The position numbers and the translations under genes were made by a program. The notes under the pieces were generated by a model. That model was not told the DNA's origin and ran no database searches. It worked only from the letters and a program-made list of their open reading frames with translations. From positions 1,922,001 through 1,986,000 of the forward strand of contig JAMWBK010000002.1 in assembly GCA_029953675.1 (NCBI GenBank): a DNA stretch of 64,000 bases, read 5' to 3'. Source of the stretch: Rhodosorus marinus CCMP1338. Taxonomy: Eukaryota > Plantae > Rhodophyta. Shown here in pieces: positions 62,284 to 64,000 of the stretch. Numbering within the stretch: position 1 is the first letter of the stretch; each line of letters starts with the position of its first letter.

Positions 62284-64000
62284 CTTGTCAAATCGCTACA
62301 AAAATTCTCAGAAAAGCTCAACTAACCCTCCTCAACTTATCTATTACCCCCCTATCAAACTCACTTCATCCCTAACTCCCACCCTTCCGCCTCCCCACCC
62401 CTCTTCCACAAACTCTCATCCCCTCCTTTATAAACGGATCCATTTCACATGGTAATCCCGAGACATCGGGGATTATTCATATTATATATTTTTTTAGGAT
62501 TGCTAAAGGAATTGACCAATCAAAGTTATTTTTAGTTTGGATATTTTTTGATCGATTTTCAGAGGAAGTTAGATAGATATTTATTAAGACGTCATAAATA
62601 TTTGATAAGCATTTCGGGTGAGTACTGGATGGGGAGAGGCAAATATTTGGTCAATCGCCAGAATTCGGTTAGGGGTGAGCAATGGGACTGCATAAGCTGT
62701 TCTGTGGTTGTTCTCTTGAGATGCGAACAACTCTGGACAATGACTTGGTCTTGTTTTGTTCGACATCGAGCATGGGTCCGCTTCTGCTTTTGCACTTCCA
62801 TTGAAGACATCCTCACAGAAACCTTCAGAGTATCGACAAACGATGACCTCGCATTCCTACCATGAATTCTAGGAAATGCGTTCAATCCTCATCAACACAT
62901 CCCAGCCAGAACATGGATAAGTACTAGTCATACCGCGGATCAGCCGACGGCTCTCCACCAGCGGTGCGAGTTTGCGACTAACATCGGTACAAACTTTGAG
63001 TTAGTTGACTACACCACTGCTTGTGTCCATGTTCGGCCCTCAAGCTTTTAAGAAATACTGCATTACCCTTGTAATCCGCTTAGCAGCCAGCCCCACCACA
63101 CTCACATCACAAGACTAAAGCAAGATATAAATTTATAATGACGTCTTGTTTAATATCATAATGTCACATTCCTCGACTTCCGCATTGCAAAACGCCCAAA
63201 AATCTCCCCCCCTCCCCGTTTCTAGAAACAAGCAACAAATTTCCACTATACCCGTAATACATTTCTAAAATACATGATGCACTCAAGCTTCGAGCTCAGT
63301 TTTGAACCATGCAAATACTACAGCTGTCCTGTTGAGGTTTTTCTGAGCTTCCCATTGGGTAAACAACTAAAGCCACCAATACTTTGCATTGACGTCCATA
63401 TGTTGATTGAACAGAGGTGATATTTTTTTCATGGAAATTTTAGTGCTTCCTGTCATTCATTGGTGAATGCGTACAACAGTTGACACGTGGTGAAAAATGA
63501 ATGGATTTAAGGAAAAGTTAAAGAAATTGATAAGATGAAAGAACAGCTGTCTATACGGAGTTTTCTGGAAGGTGTGTACTGGGAAGACATCACTTGGGCC
63601 CGGATTTCCGTTGAGCGGTATCGCTGATGGGCGCTGGGCTACATTAGTAGGTAGGAATTCTGCACAACATCTTTTGATCTTTAGGAATCTTTTCTCCAAG
63701 GACATGGATGCACCTTTTCCCCGGAAGTCGTCTCCTAGCAGCGTCGGTCTTGCAGCTCATTGACAATGAGCAGCACCTGTCGCAGCTTTATTTTTCAAGA
63801 GCTTTCCTTTCCGCACAAAATCAGATGGCAGGAGGTTGGGGGTTACCATGTGCAGGTTATGCGCGATCATCACACTATGATTTGAGGTGATCATAGAATA
63901 AACAAATTACGAAACAAATCGCTCTGTAACAAGCAACTGAATGGATTTCTAGCTTCTTGGTGAAGCCATTCATTTGATGTTCCATCCTCCAACGGGATAC

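Overview
Gene-dense eukaryotic nuclear DNA with many short (mostly ~60-120 nt) GT-AG introns. It is most consistent with a red alga: plastid-targeted proteins begin MAF-, and there is a cyanobacterial-type IspH (inference). Recognisable genes in order: partial ELM2/SANT-like protein, peroxisomal acyl-CoA oxidase (PTS1 ARM), propionyl-CoA carboxylase alpha, PP4R4/PP4R1-like HEAT protein, two small spliced orphan genes, UTP20, a CHCH-like microprotein, RAPTOR, a TFIIIC90-like protein, an orphan TPR-like gene, a UBM + zf-GRF + calpain protease carrying a PIP-box, endosulfine (ENSA/Igo1), USB1, a CRAL-TRIO protein, RRP41, IspH, TM9SF and a plastid UVR + DUF3506-like (EXECUTER-like) protein. There are also decayed Ty1/Copia fragments joined in opposite orientations, a decayed ~160-200 bp repeat array and microsatellites. 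The two best leads are (1) a candidate highly divergent U2-like snRNA at ~17331-17476 and (2) the calpain, whose ubiquitin-binding + DNA-binding zinc finger + PCNA-binding motif set resembles the logic of SPRTN/Wss1 DNA-protein-crosslink proteases. All gene models were spliced by eye and no database searches were run.
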